The notes under the pieces: model-generated
Databases searched by the model: none
Told to the model about the DNA's origin: nothing
The model's input: the letters and a program-made list of their open reading frames with translations, nothing else
Shown: in pieces, positions 20,650 to 31,338 of the stretch
Numbering within the stretch: the stretch's first letter is position 1
How the letters are laid out: the number at the start of each line of letters is the position of its first letter
Program-made: the position numbers and the translations under genes
DNA from: Desulfomicrobium sp.
GTDB lineage: Bacteria; Desulfobacterota; Desulfovibrionia; Desulfovibrionales; Desulfomicrobiaceae
Assembly: GCA_040768745.1 (NCBI GenBank)
Contig: JAXGMI010000003.1
Span: 32,001 to 96,000 of the forward strand
DNA: 64,000 nt
Reading direction: 5' to 3'

Positions 20650-23010
20650 ATGACTCCTCGCATTGACCGCCTGCGCCAGCAGAGCTTTGACGCCGAACCC
20701 TCCATTTCCATCGAGCGGGCCCTGCTGGAAACCCGCTTTTACCGCGACAATTACGGCCGCCACTCCCTGCCCGTGCTGCGCGCCCTGGTATTCAGGGATC
20801 TGTGCGAGAAGAAGGCCCTGTACCTCGGCCGGGACGAACTCATCGTCGGCGAACGGGGTCCCCGGCCCAAATGCGTGCCGACCTTTCCGGAACTGACCTG
20901 CCACACTGCCGATGACCTGCACGTGCTGAGCACCCGGCCCATGACCCGCTACCACGTCAGCCAGGAGGACATCGCGGCTTACGAGAGCGACGTCATCCCC
21001 TACTGGACAGGCCGCTCCATGCGCGACCGCGTCTTCTCCCAGGTCCCGGAGGAATGGCGCGCCGCCTACGAGGCCGGTCTCTTCACCGAATTCATGGAGC
21101 AGCGCGCCCCCGGCCACACGGCCCTGGACGGTACCATCTACTCCGCGGGCATGCTCGATTTCAAGGCGCGCATCGCCGGGCGCATGAATCGCCTGGACTA
21201 CCTGAACGATCCCCTGGCCGCCGACCGGGCCGAACAGCTCCGGGCCATGGACATTGCCTGCGATGCCGCCATCGTCTTTGCCGAACGCCACGCCGACCTG
21301 GCCTGGGAACAGGCCAAAAGCGAGACAGATCCCCTCCGCAGGGCCGAACTGGTCCGCATCGCAGACGTCTGCCGGCATGTCCCGGCCAACGCCCCGCGCG
21401 ATTTCTGGGAGGCCCTGCAGATGTACTGGTTCGTGCATCTGGGCATCATCACGGAGCTCAATGGGTGGGACGCCATGACCCCCGGCCACCTCGACCAGCA
21501 TCTGGCCCCGTTCTACGCCAAAGGACTGGCCGAGGGGACCCTGACCCGCGAGGAGGCCAAGGAGCTGCTGTCCTGTCTGTGGATCAAGGTCAACAACCAC
21601 CCGGCCCCGCCCAAGGTCGGCGTCACGGCCAAGGAGAGCGGCACCTACAACGACTTCACCAACATCAACCTGGGCGGTGTGCAGCGTGATGGCTCCGACG
21701 GCTCAAGCGAACTGTCCTATCTCATTCTGGAGGTGGTGGACGAGCTGAAACTCCTCCAGCCCCAGACCAGCGTGCACATCAGCCAGAAGACCCCGGACCG
21801 CTTCCTCAAAGCCGCGGCCAAGGTCATCAGAAACGGATACGGGTATCCGTCCATTTTCAACACCGACGCCGTGATCATGGAGCAGATCCGTGTCGGCAAG
21901 AGCGTGGAGGACGCGCGGGAGGGTGGCTGTTCCGGATGCATCGAGACCGGGGCCTTCGGCAAAGAGGCCTACATCCTGACCGGGTATCTGAACGTGCCCA
22001 AAGTCCTGGAACTGGCCCTGAATGACGGCCGCGATCAGCTCACCGGCCGGCAGATAGGCCCGCGCACAGGCGACGCGCGGGCATTCGCCACCTTCGAGGA
22101 CCTCTATGCGGCCTTCGCCCGCCAGCTCGACTGGGTGGTGGACCTCAAGGTCCGGGTCAACAACTACATCGAGCGCATGTATGCAGCCCATTCTCCTGCT
22201 CCCTTTTTGTCCGTGGTCATCCACGACTGCATCGAAAAAGGGCAGGACTACTACAACGGCGGCCCGCGCTACAACACCAACTACATCCAGTGCTGCGGCA
22301 TCGGCACGGTCACGGACAGCCTGTCCGCCATCAAAACCCATGTTTATGACGCCAGAACCGTTTCCATGGACCAACTTCTGGCTGCCCTGGCGGACAATTT
22401 CGCGAACCAGGAATCCCTCCGGCTCAGGCTCTGGAACAAGACCCCGTTCTTCGGAAATGACGACGACCGGGCCGACGACATCATGCGCAGGGTCTACGAC
22501 AGCCTGTTTCAGACCATCGACGGACGGCCCAACACCAAGGGCACGACCTACCACCTGAACATGCTCTCCACCACATGCCATGTCTATTTCGGCAAGATGC
22601 TCGGGGCCTCGGCCAACGGACGTCTGGCTGGCCAGCCAGAATCCGACGGGACCTCCCCCTCCCACGGGGCGGACAGGAACGGTCCCACGGCCGTGGTCAA
22701 GTCCCTGGCCAAAATGGACCAGATCAAATCCGGCGGCACGCTGCTGAACCAGCGTTTCCTGCCCGGCGTACTGAAGACCGATCAGGACCTGGACAAGCTC
22801 GCCCTGCTGGTGCGCGCCTATTTCCGCCTTGGCGGCCATCATATCCAGTTCAACGTGGTGGACACCGATACCCTGCGCAAGGCCCAGGCCCGGCCGGAGG
22901 AATACCGCAATCTGCTGGTCCGTGTGGCCGGCTACAGCGACTACTTCGTGGACCTGGATCTGGACCACCAGGAGGAGATCATCCGACGCACGGGCCAGGA
23001 CATGGGCTGA
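20650..23010 (+). CDS. hypD: Glycyl radical enzyme, trans-4-hydroxy-L-proline dehydratase (HypD)-like
   Basis: Gly loop VRVAGYS; Cys loop SGCIETG; EQRAPGH, WDAMTPG, ESGTYNDF, YILTGY and STTCH segments correspond to HypD active-site regions as recalled. Confidence 0.78.
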   Translation: MTPRIDRLRQQSFDAEPSISIERALLETRFYRDNYGRHSLPVLRALVFRDLCEKKALYLGRDELIVGERGPRPKCVPTFPELTCHTADDLHVLSTRPMTRYHVSQEDIAAYESDVIPYWTGRSMRDRVFSQVPEEWRAAYEAGLFTEFMEQRAPGHTALDGTIYSAGMLDFKARIAGRMNRLDYLNDPLAADRAEQLRAMDIACDAAIVFAERHADLAWEQAKSETDPLRRAELVRIADVCRHVPANAPRDFWEALQMYWFVHLGIITELNGWDAMTPGHLDQHLAPFYAKGLAEGTLTREEAKELLSCLWIKVNNHPAPPKVGVTAKESGTYNDFTNINLGGVQRDGSDGSSELSYLILEVVDELKLLQPQTSVHISQKTPDRFLKAAAKVIRNGYGYPSIFNTDAVIMEQIRVGKSVEDAREGGCSGCIETGAFGKEAYILTGYLNVPKVLELALNDGRDQLTGRQIGPRTGDARAFATFEDLYAAFARQLDWVVDLKVRVNNYIERMYAAHSPAPFLSVVIHDCIEKGQDYYNGGPRYNTNYIQCCGIGTVTDSLSAIKTHVYDARTVSMDQLLAALADNFANQESLRLRLWNKTPFFGNDDDRADDIMRRVYDSLFQTIDGRPNTKGTTYHLNMLSTTCHVYFGKMLGASANGRLAGQPESDGTSPSHGADRNGPTAVVKSLAKMDQIKSGGTLLNQRFLPGVLKTDQDLDKLALLVRAYFRLGGHHIQFNVVDTDTLRKAQARPEEYRNLLVRVAGYSDYFVDLDLDHQEEIIRRTGQDMG

Positions 23011-23177
23011 CCAGGGCAGTCTCGGCGGGGAGAGGCGCCCTCCGGACAGCCTTTCCGCCCCCGATGCCGGCCTCTGCTTGCATTTTCCGCTTTTTTGACC
23101 CAAAGGCAAAATATGCTTTCGGCCGAATTGGCCCCCAATCATCCGTTTCCATACACATCAAAAAACAAGGAGCTCCC

Positions 23178-23918
23178 ATGAAACGTATCCTGTTCTTCGC
23201 CCTGCTGGCCCTGGCCTTGTGCGCGACAACGGCGTCGGCCAAAAAGCTGATCGTGGCCACGGACACCAACTTCCCGCCCTTTGAATTCAAGGACCCCCAA
23301 TCCGGGAAGCACACCGGCTTCGACGTGGAACTCTGGGACGCCATCGCCAAGCAGATCGGAGCCGAGTACGAACTGCAGCCCATGGATTTCAACGGCATCA
23401 TTCCCGGTCTGCAGTCCGGCCAGCTGGACGTGGGCATCGCCGGCATGACCATCAAGCCGGAACGCGCCAAGGTAGTGGACTTCTCCGATCCCTACTACAA
23501 CGCGGGTCTCCTGATCCTGGTCAAGGCCGACAACACGACGATCACCGACGTGAAGAGCCTGGCAGGAAAGATCGTGTCCACCAAGCTCGGCACAACCAGC
23601 GAGGATTTCGCCAAGAAGGAAGCCGGGGCCAAGGAAGTCAAACTCTTCCCCAACAATGACGCCATGTTCATGGAACTGATGGCCGGAGGAGCCGACGCGG
23701 TCATCTTCGACTCCCCCGTGGTCTCCGACTTCATGCGTACGGCCGGCAAAGGCCAGGTCAAGGTGGTCGGCCCCTTGTACATGGGCCAGTCCTACGGCAT
23801 CGCCTTTCCCAAGGGCAGCGACCTCCCGGCCAAGACCAACGCGGCCCTGAAGAAACTCAGGGACAGCGGCGCCTACCGCGATCTGTACATCAAATGGTTC
23901 GGCACCGAACCCAAATAA
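23178..23918 (+). CDS. glnH: Glutamine/polar amino acid ABC transporter substrate-binding protein
   Basis: Signal peptide, VATDTNFPPFEFK, GFDVELW, PMDFNGIIPGLQ, C-terminal KWFGTEPK. Confidence 0.88.
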   Translation: MKRILFFALLALALCATTASAKKLIVATDTNFPPFEFKDPQSGKHTGFDVELWDAIAKQIGAEYELQPMDFNGIIPGLQSGQLDVGIAGMTIKPERAKVVDFSDPYYNAGLLILVKADNTTITDVKSLAGKIVSTKLGTTSEDFAKKEAGAKEVKLFPNNDAMFMELMAGGADAVIFDSPVVSDFMRTAGKGQVKVVGPLYMGQSYGIAFPKGSDLPAKTNAALKKLRDSGAYRDLYIKWFGTEPK

Positions 23919-23931
23919 CCTCCGCCAGCCC

Positions 23932-23960
23932 AGGGAGGCGGGCCATCCTGCCTCCCTTTC
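23932..23960 (+). terminator. Intercistronic stem-loop / weak terminator after glnH
   Basis: AGGGAGGCGGG-ccat-CCTGCCTCCCT-ttc. Confidence 0.5.
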
Positions 23961-23969
23961 GAGACGTCC

Positions 23970-24638
23970 ATGGCCTTTCAGTTCCAACCCCACATCGTCG
24001 TCGAAACCCTGCCCATGCTCATGCGCGGGGTGTGGTACACGGTCTACCTGACTGTCGGCGGACTCTTTTTCGGCTTTCTGCTGGGCGTGACCGCCGGACT
24101 CATGAAGCTGGCCCGGCCGGTCCTGGCCCGCAAGCTCTCCGGGATGTACGTTGAACTCATCCGCGGCACCCCCATGCTGGTGCAGGCCATGTTCCTCTAC
24201 TACGGGGTGCCCATGGCCGTGGGTCTGCGCATCCCCCCGCTGGTGGCCGGAATCATCGTCATCGCCGTCAACTCCGGGGCCTACATCGCGGAAATCGTGC
24301 GCGGGGCCATCCAGTCCATCAACATCGGCCAGACCGAGGCCGGACGTTCCATCGGCCTGACCAGGGCCCAGACCATGCGCTACATCATCTGGCCCCAGGC
24401 CTTCCGGCGCATGATCCCGCCCCTGGGCAACCAGTTCATCATCAGCCTGAAGGACACCTCCCTGCTCATGGTCATCGGCGTGGGCGAGCTGCTGCGCACG
24501 GGGCAGGAGATCGTGGCCGTCAATTTCCGGGCCTTCGAGGTCTACATGGCCGTGGCCATAGTCTACCTGGCCATGACCATGAGCATCGCCAAAGCCCTGC
24601 GCATGCTTGAACACAGGCTGACCACCAGGACCAGATGA
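23970..24638 (+). CDS. glnP: Polar amino acid ABC transporter permease
   Basis: [34 protein letters not shown] loop, LKDTSL. Confidence 0.9.
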   Translation: MAFQFQPHIVVETLPMLMRGVWYTVYLTVGGLFFGFLLGVTAGLMKLARPVLARKLSGMYVELIRGTPMLVQAMFLYYGVPMAVGLRIPPLVAGIIVIAVNSGAYIAEIVRGAIQSINIGQTEAGRSIGLTRAQTMRYIIWPQAFRRMIPPLGNQFIISLKDTSLLMVIGVGELLRTGQEIVAVNFRAFEVYMAVAIVYLAMTMSIAKALRMLEHRLTTRTR

Positions 24639-24645
24639 CAGCACC

Positions 24646-25386
24646 ATGATCACAATCAAGAATCTGCACAAACAATTCGGGGACCTGGAAGTTCTCAAAG
24701 GCATTGATCTGGAGATCAAGGCGGGGGAGGTGATCTGCGTCATCGGGCCGTCGGGTTCGGGCAAATCCACGGTGCTCCGCTGCATCAACCGCCTGGAAAC
24801 GCCCACCTCGGGCACCGTCATTGTCGACGGCCACGACATCATGGACCCCAGGACCGACATCAACTACGTCCGCACCGAAGCGGGCATGGTCTTCCAGCAG
24901 TTCAACCTTTTCCCGCACATGAGCGTACTGGAAAACGTGACCCTGGGCCCCCTCAAGGTCCGCAAGATAAAACCCGAAGATGCCAGACACCTGGGCTACG
25001 ACCTGCTGGCCAAGGTCGGCCTGGCAGCCAAGGCCGAGAACTATCCGGATCAGCTTTCGGGCGGCCAGAAACAACGCGTGGCCATCGCCCGGGCCCTGGC
25101 TCTGCAACCCAAGGTCATCCTCTTCGACGAGCCCACCTCGGCCCTGGACCCGGAACTGGTCGGGGAAGTGCTGGAAGTGATGAAAAAGCTGGCGGCCGAG
25201 GGCATGACCATGGTTGTGGTCACCCACGAAATGGGATTCGCCCGCGAGGTGGCCGACAGGGTCATCTTCATCGACCAGGGCGTGATCCAGGAGGAAGGGC
25301 CTCCGCACGAATTTTTCACCAACCCCAGACACCCCCGCCTGCGCGATTTTCTGGGCAAGGTCGTGCACAAATGCGCGGACGACTGA
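24646..25386 (+). CDS. glnQ: Polar amino acid ABC transporter ATPase
   Basis: [40 protein letters not shown]. Confidence 0.92.
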   Translation: MITIKNLHKQFGDLEVLKGIDLEIKAGEVICVIGPSGSGKSTVLRCINRLETPTSGTVIVDGHDIMDPRTDINYVRTEAGMVFQQFNLFPHMSVLENVTLGPLKVRKIKPEDARHLGYDLLAKVGLAAKAENYPDQLSGGQKQRVAIARALALQPKVILFDEPTSALDPELVGEVLEVMKKLAAEGMTMVVVTHEMGFAREVADRVIFIDQGVIQEEGPPHEFFTNPRHPRLRDFLGKVVHKCADD

Positions 25387-25392
25387 ACTTCC

Positions 25393-26109
25393 CTAGGCTT
25401 TGCTGACTTCGGTTTCGATGCGGCCCACGAGCCGGGTGAAAACCTCTGGAACCGGGGCGGCGACAGTCATGCCCTGCCCTGAAAAGGGATGCACGAAGGT
25501 GATGGAGCGGGCGTGCAGGGCCAGCCGGGGAAAGCCGTCCTTCACCCCGTATTTTCTGTCTCCGACCACCGCATGCCCCAGGTCGGCCATCTGCACCCGG
25601 ATCTGGTGTTTGCGCCCGGTCAGGAGGGCAATCTCAAGCAGGCTGTACTCCCCTCTGGTCTGCACAACCCGCCATGCGGTCTGGGCCAGCTTTCCCGCGG
25701 ACGTGTCCCGCGTCGCATAGACCTTGTGCACCCCGCTCTCCACCAGATACGAAATGGCTGTCCCCCCCGGCCTGTCCATGGTGCCGTGCACCACGGCCAG
25801 ATACTCCTTTGTGGTCCCCACCCATCCGTCCTGCAGGGCCCGCTTGGCTGCCTCAGTCCTGGCGAAGAGCACGATGCCCGAGGTATCGCGGTCCAGGCGG
25901 TGGACGATGAACAGGCGGCTCCTGGACTTGGGGTTGCCCTTTCTGACGTAGTCCGTCAGGGCGAAGTAGGCAGTGCGAACCTTTTCTGTGTCCGTGGCCA
26001 TGGTCAGCATCCCGGCGGGCTTGTCCACGACCAGGACGTCCCTGTCTTCGTACATGATGACAAGGTCGGGTGGCAGATGCCTTGACCCCGGGCGGACTGG
26101 CTGTGACAT
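25393..26109 (-). CDS. RluA family pseudouridine synthase
   Basis: VDKPAGM, VHRLDRDTSG, TGRKHQIR, GDRKYG, LALHA. Confidence 0.9.
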   Translation of the reverse strand: MSQPVRPGSRHLPPDLVIMYEDRDVLVVDKPAGMLTMATDTEKVRTAYFALTDYVRKGNPKSRSRLFIVHRLDRDTSGIVLFARTEAAKRALQDGWVGTTKEYLAVVHGTMDRPGGTAISYLVESGVHKVYATRDTSAGKLAQTAWRVVQTRGEYSLLEIALLTGRKHQIRVQMADLGHAVVGDRKYGVKDGFPRLALHARSITFVHPFSGQGMTVAAPVPEVFTRLVGRIETEVSKA

Positions 26110-26122
26110 GGCGCTCCTCATG

Positions 26123-26154
26123 AAAAAAAACGCGCGGAAACCCATTCCGCGCGT
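26123..26154 (-). terminator. Rho-independent terminator of bfr
   Basis: ACGCGCGGAA-accca-TTCCGCGCGT with an A8 run on the left. Confidence 0.75.
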
Positions 26155-26180
26155 CTGCACAACAGCAATGAACCCGAAGC

Positions 26181-26723
26181 CTAGTTGCCGCCGCTGATCA
26201 GAAATCCCTTGGTGGAGGGACCAGTGGAAGAGGAGGTGCCGGCGATCTTGGACAGGTACGTGTCTCCCAACGTCTCGATGTGGTTGCCCACGTTGTCAAA
26301 GTAGTTCATGTGGGCCTGCTCCTCCTCGATGATGGTCTCGAACAGCTTGGCGCTGATGGCGTCCCCATTGTCTCGGCAGGTCAGCAGCAACTGGCTGTAC
26401 ACGTCAATGGTGTCATCCTCGAGCTGGGTGTCGTAGGGATAGATGGACCGCACATCCTGGGCCTTTTTCAGATCGCCATCGTAGGAAGTGACGGGTTCAC
26501 CACCCAGTTCCTTGACCCGCTCGGCGAACATTTCGGCGTGCCGCATCTCGTCGATGGCGATCAGCTTCATCTTGGCGGCCAGTTCGCCGTAATCCATGCT
26601 GTCCAGATTGTAGTGCTGGTTCATGTACTGGGTGATGGCAAACAGCTCCATGGCCCGGGCCTTGTTCAACACTTCTACAACGCGCGCCTTGCGCTCTTCC
26701 TTGGACGGACGTGCTTTGCTCAT
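26181..26723 (-). CDS. bfr: Bacterioferritin
   Basis: EL.AI.QYMNQH, DEMRHAE, EEQAH ferroxidase ligands; GGAGG RBS. Confidence 0.9.
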   Translation of the reverse strand: MSKARPSKEERKARVVEVLNKARAMELFAITQYMNQHYNLDSMDYGELAAKMKLIAIDEMRHAEMFAERVKELGGEPVTSYDGDLKKAQDVRSIYPYDTQLEDDTIDVYSQLLLTCRDNGDAISAKLFETIIEEEQAHMNYFDNVGNHIETLGDTYLSKIAGTSSSTGPSTKGFLISGGN

Positions 26724-26909
26724 GATTTTCCTCCGATATGACAAAACAAGTTGCTGTTTCAAAAAACTCGGTCTGCGTGATGTCTAGCAAAGGGGCTCAG
26801 CCGGGGGCAAGTCATTTATGCCCGATCGTTGGGTGTGGGAAGCCTTGATGGAGGCAGCGTTCAGGAGTAAGCAACACTCCTCTCCCGATTCGGAAAGCCA
26901 GGAACATCC

Positions 26910-27788
26910 ATGCTCGTCTATGCCCAACTTGTCAGTTCCGTCTTTTTCTGGGGTGCCACCTGGATCTCCGGCCGCGTCCTGGCCCAGGACATGGGACCAT
27001 TTTCCGCGGCCCTGCTGCGCTTCGTGACGGCTTCGGCCTTCCTGCTCTTCTGGTCCTGGCGCGTGAACGGGTCCTTCCCCGCACTGCCGAAAAAAGACAT
27101 CCTGCCTGTGGCCTTCCTGGGCCTGACCGGCATCTTCCTCTACAACGCCTTCTTCTTCACGGGCCTGCAGACTGTCCCGGCCGGACGCGCGGCCCTGATC
27201 ATCGCCTCGGTGCCCGTGATCATCAGCATCGTCTCGGCCATGATGCTCGGAGAGCCCCTGACGCGATCCAAGATCGTCGGAACACTGCTGTCCCTGACGG
27301 GAGCGTCCATCGTCCTCTCCGGGGGCAATCCCCTGGGTCTTTTCCGGGGCGGCCTGTCCCGCGGAGACCTCATGATCCTGGGCTGCGTGGCCGCCTGGAC
27401 CGCCTACTCCGTGGCCGGCAGCCGGGTCATGAAGCGGGTCAACCCCCTCATGGCCGTGACCTGGTCCTGCATCCTCGGCACCCTCATGCTCGTCGCGCCC
27501 GCCCTGACCTTCGGGCTGATCGGGGACATCGGCCGGGCCAGCCTCGTGGACTGGGGCAACATCCTCTTCCTGGGCGTCGTGGCCACGGGCGTGGCCTTCA
27601 CCTGGTACTACGCCGGCATCCGCGCCATCGGCGCCGCCCGGGCCGGCATCTTCATCAACCTGGTGCCCGTTTTCGCCATCGCCATGGGCTACGTCATCCT
27701 GGACGAACCCGTCACCTCCTCCCTGCTCACTGGCGGCGCCATGGTTATCTCCGGGGTCTGGCTGGCCAATCGGCCCTCCTCTTCCTGA
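26910..27788 (+). CDS. EamA/DMT family transporter
   Basis: About 10 TM segments, FWGATW, GIFLYNAFFF.GL, AGIFINLVPVFA. Confidence 0.88.
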   Translation: MLVYAQLVSSVFFWGATWISGRVLAQDMGPFSAALLRFVTASAFLLFWSWRVNGSFPALPKKDILPVAFLGLTGIFLYNAFFFTGLQTVPAGRAALIIASVPVIISIVSAMMLGEPLTRSKIVGTLLSLTGASIVLSGGNPLGLFRGGLSRGDLMILGCVAAWTAYSVAGSRVMKRVNPLMAVTWSCILGTLMLVAPALTFGLIGDIGRASLVDWGNILFLGVVATGVAFTWYYAGIRAIGAARAGIFINLVPVFAIAMGYVILDEPVTSSLLTGGAMVISGVWLANRPSSS

Positions 27789-27868
27789 AGAAGAAGTTAC
27801 GCTCGAAGGTTTTTAGGTCCCATCGGTCGTACAGGACCCATAGAGCCTATTTCGCCAATGCAAAAGCG

Positions 27869-29998
27869 CTACTGTGATCGCATAGTCAGCCCTATGCGGC
27901 GGCGCTTCACGTCCACCTCCAGCACCGTGACCTGCACCTGCTGGCCCGTGCGGACCACTTCCGAGGGATCGCGCACATAACGGTCGGCCAGGTTGCTGAT
28001 GTGCACCAGGCCGTCCTGATGCACGCCCACGTCCACGAAGGCCCCGAAGCGCGTCACGTTGGTCACGATGCCCGGCACGCCCATGCCCGGGTGCAGGTCC
28101 GCAATGTCGTGCACGTCGGCGAAGCGGAAGACCTGAAAGGCCGGGCGCGGGTCGCGTCCCGGCTTCTCCAGCTCGGCCAGGATGTCCTTCAGGGTGGGCA
28201 GCCCCACTTCATCCCCCACGTACCGCGCAAGATCGATGCGCCTGCGCTGACCTTCGTCCCGCAAGAGTTCCGCAACCCCGCAGCCGACATCCCTGGCCAT
28301 GCGCCCGACCAGTTCGTAGCGCTCGGGGTGGATGGCGCTGCCGTCCAAAGGATTCTTGCCGCCACGGATGCGCAGAAATCCCGCGCACTGCTCGAAGGCC
28401 TTGGGCCCCAGACGCTTGACCTTGAGCAGCCCGCGTCGGTCCGTGAAGGGTCCGTTCTCCTTGCGGTACTCGACGATATGGGCGGCCAGGACCGGGCCCA
28501 GGCCCGAGACATGGGCCAGGAGTTCCGGGCTGGCCGTGTTCACGTCCACGCCGACCTGGTTGACGCAGGACACGACCACGTCGTCGAGACTTTTCTTCAG
28601 GGCCGCCTGGTCCACGTCATGCTGGTACTGGCCCACGCCGATGGACTTGGGGTCGATCTTGACCAGCTCGGCCAGAGGATCCATGAGCCGGCGGCCGATG
28701 GACACCGCGCCACGGTAGGTCAGGTCCAGATCCGGAAATTCCCGCCGCGCGATCTCCGACGCCGAATAGACCGAGGCACCGGCCTCGTTGACGAGGATGA
28801 CGTCCACGTCCGCGGGCAGGCCAAGCCCCCTGACGAACGCCTCGGTCTCGCGGCCGCCCGTACCGTTGCCGATGGCAACCGCCTGCACGGCGTGGGTCCT
28901 GACCATGGAGACGATGATCCGCCCGGCCTCTTCGGCCTGCCCTTTGCCGCCGACAGGGAATATCGTCTGCCAGTGCAGGAGACTCCCCTGTTCGTCCAGA
29001 CAGACGAGCTTGGCCCCGGTGCGCAGACCCGGATCCAGGGCCAGAATGCGGCGGGGTCCGAGCGGCGGAGCCAGCAACAGCTCGCGCAGGTTGGCGGCGA
29101 ACACGGCGATGGCCTCCGCGTCGGACCGCCCCTTCAGCCCGCCCCACAGCTCCGTCTCCAGGGACGGAGCCAGCAGGCGGGAGTAGCCGTCGGACGCGGC
29201 CTCCTCCACGACTTGGCCGCAAGGTCCTTTCGGGACGGGAAAGGTCCGCAGCAGCAGAGACAGGGCTTCGTCCTGGTCCGGACGCAGGGCAAGGGACAGC
29301 ACCTTCTCCCGCTCGCCGCGCAGCATGGCCAGAATGCGGTGTCCCGGAGCGGTGCGCGCGGCCTCGCGCCAGTCGAAATAATCGCGGTACTTCTCCCCCG
29401 CCTCGTCCTGGCCCTTGCGCACGGCGGAGACGATGACGCCCTTGGCCGCGAACAGGGCGCGCAGCCCCTCGCGGCAGCGCCTGTCCTCGCTGACGGTCTC
29501 GGCGATAATGTCCCGCGCCCCGGCCAGGGCGGCCGCAGCGTCAGGCACGTCCTTTTCGGGATCGACGAACTCCGCGGCCGCGACGCCCGGATTTACGCCG
29601 CCGGCCAGGATCGCCCGCGCCAGAGGCTCCAGGCCCCTCTCCCTGGCCATGGTCGCCCGCGTGCGCTTCTTGGGCCGGTACGGGAGGTACACGTCCTCCA
29701 GTTCGGCCAGGGTCGCGGACCGCAGCACGGCCTGTTCCAGCTCCGCGCCCAGCAGATCGCGCTCGCGCAGGCTGCCCAGGACCGCCTCCCGGCGCTTGTC
29801 CAGCTCACGGGCCGCGTCCAGGGTGTCACGGAGGTTCTGGATGGCCACCTCGTCGAGCCCTCCGGTGCGCTCCTTGCGGTAGCGGGCGATGAAGGGCACC
29901 GTGCCGCCCTCGTCCAGCAGTTCGGCCACGCTCCTGACCTGGGCCTCGGAAATGGACACGGCCTTGCCGACGCGCTGAAAAATATCCGGTTCCGGCAT
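27869..29998 (-). CDS. tex: Tex family RNA-binding transcription accessory protein
   Basis: TVPFIARYRKE.TG.LDE, DPG.RTG.K, EAGASVYSAS, IGVGQYQHDV, C-terminal S1 domain (FGAFVDVGVHQDGLVHIS). Confidence 0.93.
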   Translation of the reverse strand: MPEPDIFQRVGKAVSISEAQVRSVAELLDEGGTVPFIARYRKERTGGLDEVAIQNLRDTLDAARELDKRREAVLGSLRERDLLGAELEQAVLRSATLAELEDVYLPYRPKKRTRATMARERGLEPLARAILAGGVNPGVAAAEFVDPEKDVPDAAAALAGARDIIAETVSEDRRCREGLRALFAAKGVIVSAVRKGQDEAGEKYRDYFDWREAARTAPGHRILAMLRGEREKVLSLALRPDQDEALSLLLRTFPVPKGPCGQVVEEAASDGYSRLLAPSLETELWGGLKGRSDAEAIAVFAANLRELLLAPPLGPRRILALDPGLRTGAKLVCLDEQGSLLHWQTIFPVGGKGQAEEAGRIIVSMVRTHAVQAVAIGNGTGGRETEAFVRGLGLPADVDVILVNEAGASVYSASEIARREFPDLDLTYRGAVSIGRRLMDPLAELVKIDPKSIGVGQYQHDVDQAALKKSLDDVVVSCVNQVGVDVNTASPELLAHVSGLGPVLAAHIVEYRKENGPFTDRRGLLKVKRLGPKAFEQCAGFLRIRGGKNPLDGSAIHPERYELVGRMARDVGCGVAELLRDEGQRRRIDLARYVGDEVGLPTLKDILAELEKPGRDPRPAFQVFRFADVHDIADLHPGMGVPGIVTNVTRFGAFVDVGVHQDGLVHISNLADRYVRDPSEVVRTGQQVQVTVLEVDVKRRRIGLTMRSQ

Positions 29999-30300
29999 GA
30001 AAACTCCTTGAGGTTGTGATCGAAGGGCCTACCGCTTCGAGGACGGCGACATCTGGCCGCTGGTCCTCGCGGTCGTGGCCCTCTCGCCCGCTGTGGCCGC
30101 AGCCCTGCGCATGCTCCATTAGCCCGTTGTTCCTTCCCGGGTCCCCACCCATGCAAAGCAGGCCGACGCGTACGCCAGCGGCATTGGATCGCGGCGGAAA
30201 GGAAAGAGACTGTGCCGGAACAATCGCGGCTGCGAAGACAAGGGGGGAAACAGGCTGAAGAACGTCGACCGACCGGTCCCGCCCTAAAAAGCCGCGGCGC

Positions 30301-31338
30301 CTAGTACGCCCCGCCCTGCTGCCTCCATCCCTTGAGCAGGCCGAAACATCCGGCCAGCATCATGTCCCCGCCCGGGGCCAGGAATTCCACCCTGGCGTCG
30401 GCCAGCAGGGCCCGCCTGGGACCCAGAACCACGATGCGCTCGAACCCATGGGTCAGGTCCGGCACGGTCACGCAGCCGTGGCCGCCGTCGTCGAAGACCT
30501 CCGTGTTGCCCAACTCTCCGCGCCGGAAGCGGGCCAGATGATCGAGCAGCCTGGCTTCGTCCAGATGGCCGGTGTGGTGTTCGTAGACCCCGAGTACGCG
30601 AGAGCCGAGGACCAGGAAGGCGATGGTGTGGCTGTTGCCGACATTGACCACGAGCACCCCGTCCGTGGCCGCCGAGCGCGCCACGGACGGATCGAAGAGG
30701 GCCCCCAGCAGGGCGGCGGAGCCCGTGTCGGCCACGAGCCCCACGCCGATGGAGCGGCGCAGGCAGGCCAGGCGGGTCATCTCCTCGGGTGGGTCGGCGT
30801 ACAGCAGGCGGGAGATGTCCCCCCCGTCCTCGTTCATGAACCGCTCCCAGTAGGCGAAACGCGAGATGCGGTTGCTCTTGCCAGGGTGGAAGCCGTGGTC
30901 CTGCACGCAGGCCAGGACAAGGTCGGGCTGAGGCAGGCCCGCGTGCTGCAGGAGGCCGCGCCAGAAGCCGGGATCGAAGTCCGTCAGCAGCACCTGGGAG
31001 GCGGAAAGGGGCGGGACGGACGTGATCTCGATGCCGTGGGCGCGCACCTGGTCCAGGTCGTCGCCCAGGGCCAGGGCGGCCTCGGGGTGGGCGTAGACCT
31101 TCAGGCCGGCGTCCTGGTGGGCCTTGACCGCCCGCCAAAACCCGCCGCCCATGTTCTGGCCGTGCAGATAGACGTCGCGACCGGCCTTTGTCAGCTCCCG
31201 GATGCGGGCCGCGACCGTGCGGGCTGGAGAGGGCAGAATGAACTTGGGGCAGTTCTCCAGCTCCAGGCCTTCCTGATACAGCAGCACGTCCTGGGTGCCG
31301 CTGCCGATGTCGAGAATGAGACAGATTGTTGATTGCAT
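30301..31338 (-). CDS. DUF1786 family protein (ASKHA-like fold)
   Basis: LDIGSGTQD, ENCPKFILPSPA, MGGG, VQDHG, DTG.AA, VNVGNSHT, GVYEHHT, GDMMLAGCFGL. Confidence 0.8.
   Translation of the reverse strand: MQSTICLILDIGSGTQDVLLYQEGLELENCPKFILPSPARTVAARIRELTKAGRDVYLHGQNMGGGFWRAVKAHQDAGLKVYAHPEAALALGDDLDQVRAHGIEITSVPPLSASQVLLTDFDPGFWRGLLQHAGLPQPDLVLACVQDHGFHPGKSNRISRFAYWERFMNEDGGDISRLLYADPPEEMTRLACLRRSIGVGLVADTGSAALLGALFDPSVARSAATDGVLVVNVGNSHTIAFLVLGSRVLGVYEHHTGHLDEARLLDHLARFRRGELGNTEVFDDGGHGCVTVPDLTHGFERIVVLGPRRALLADARVEFLAPGGDMMLAGCFGLLKGWRQQGGAY

Noticed and set aside
30016..30283. Small ORFs between tex and DUF1786
   Set aside because: No RBS-supported start or recognisable motif; likely promoter or spacer DNA.
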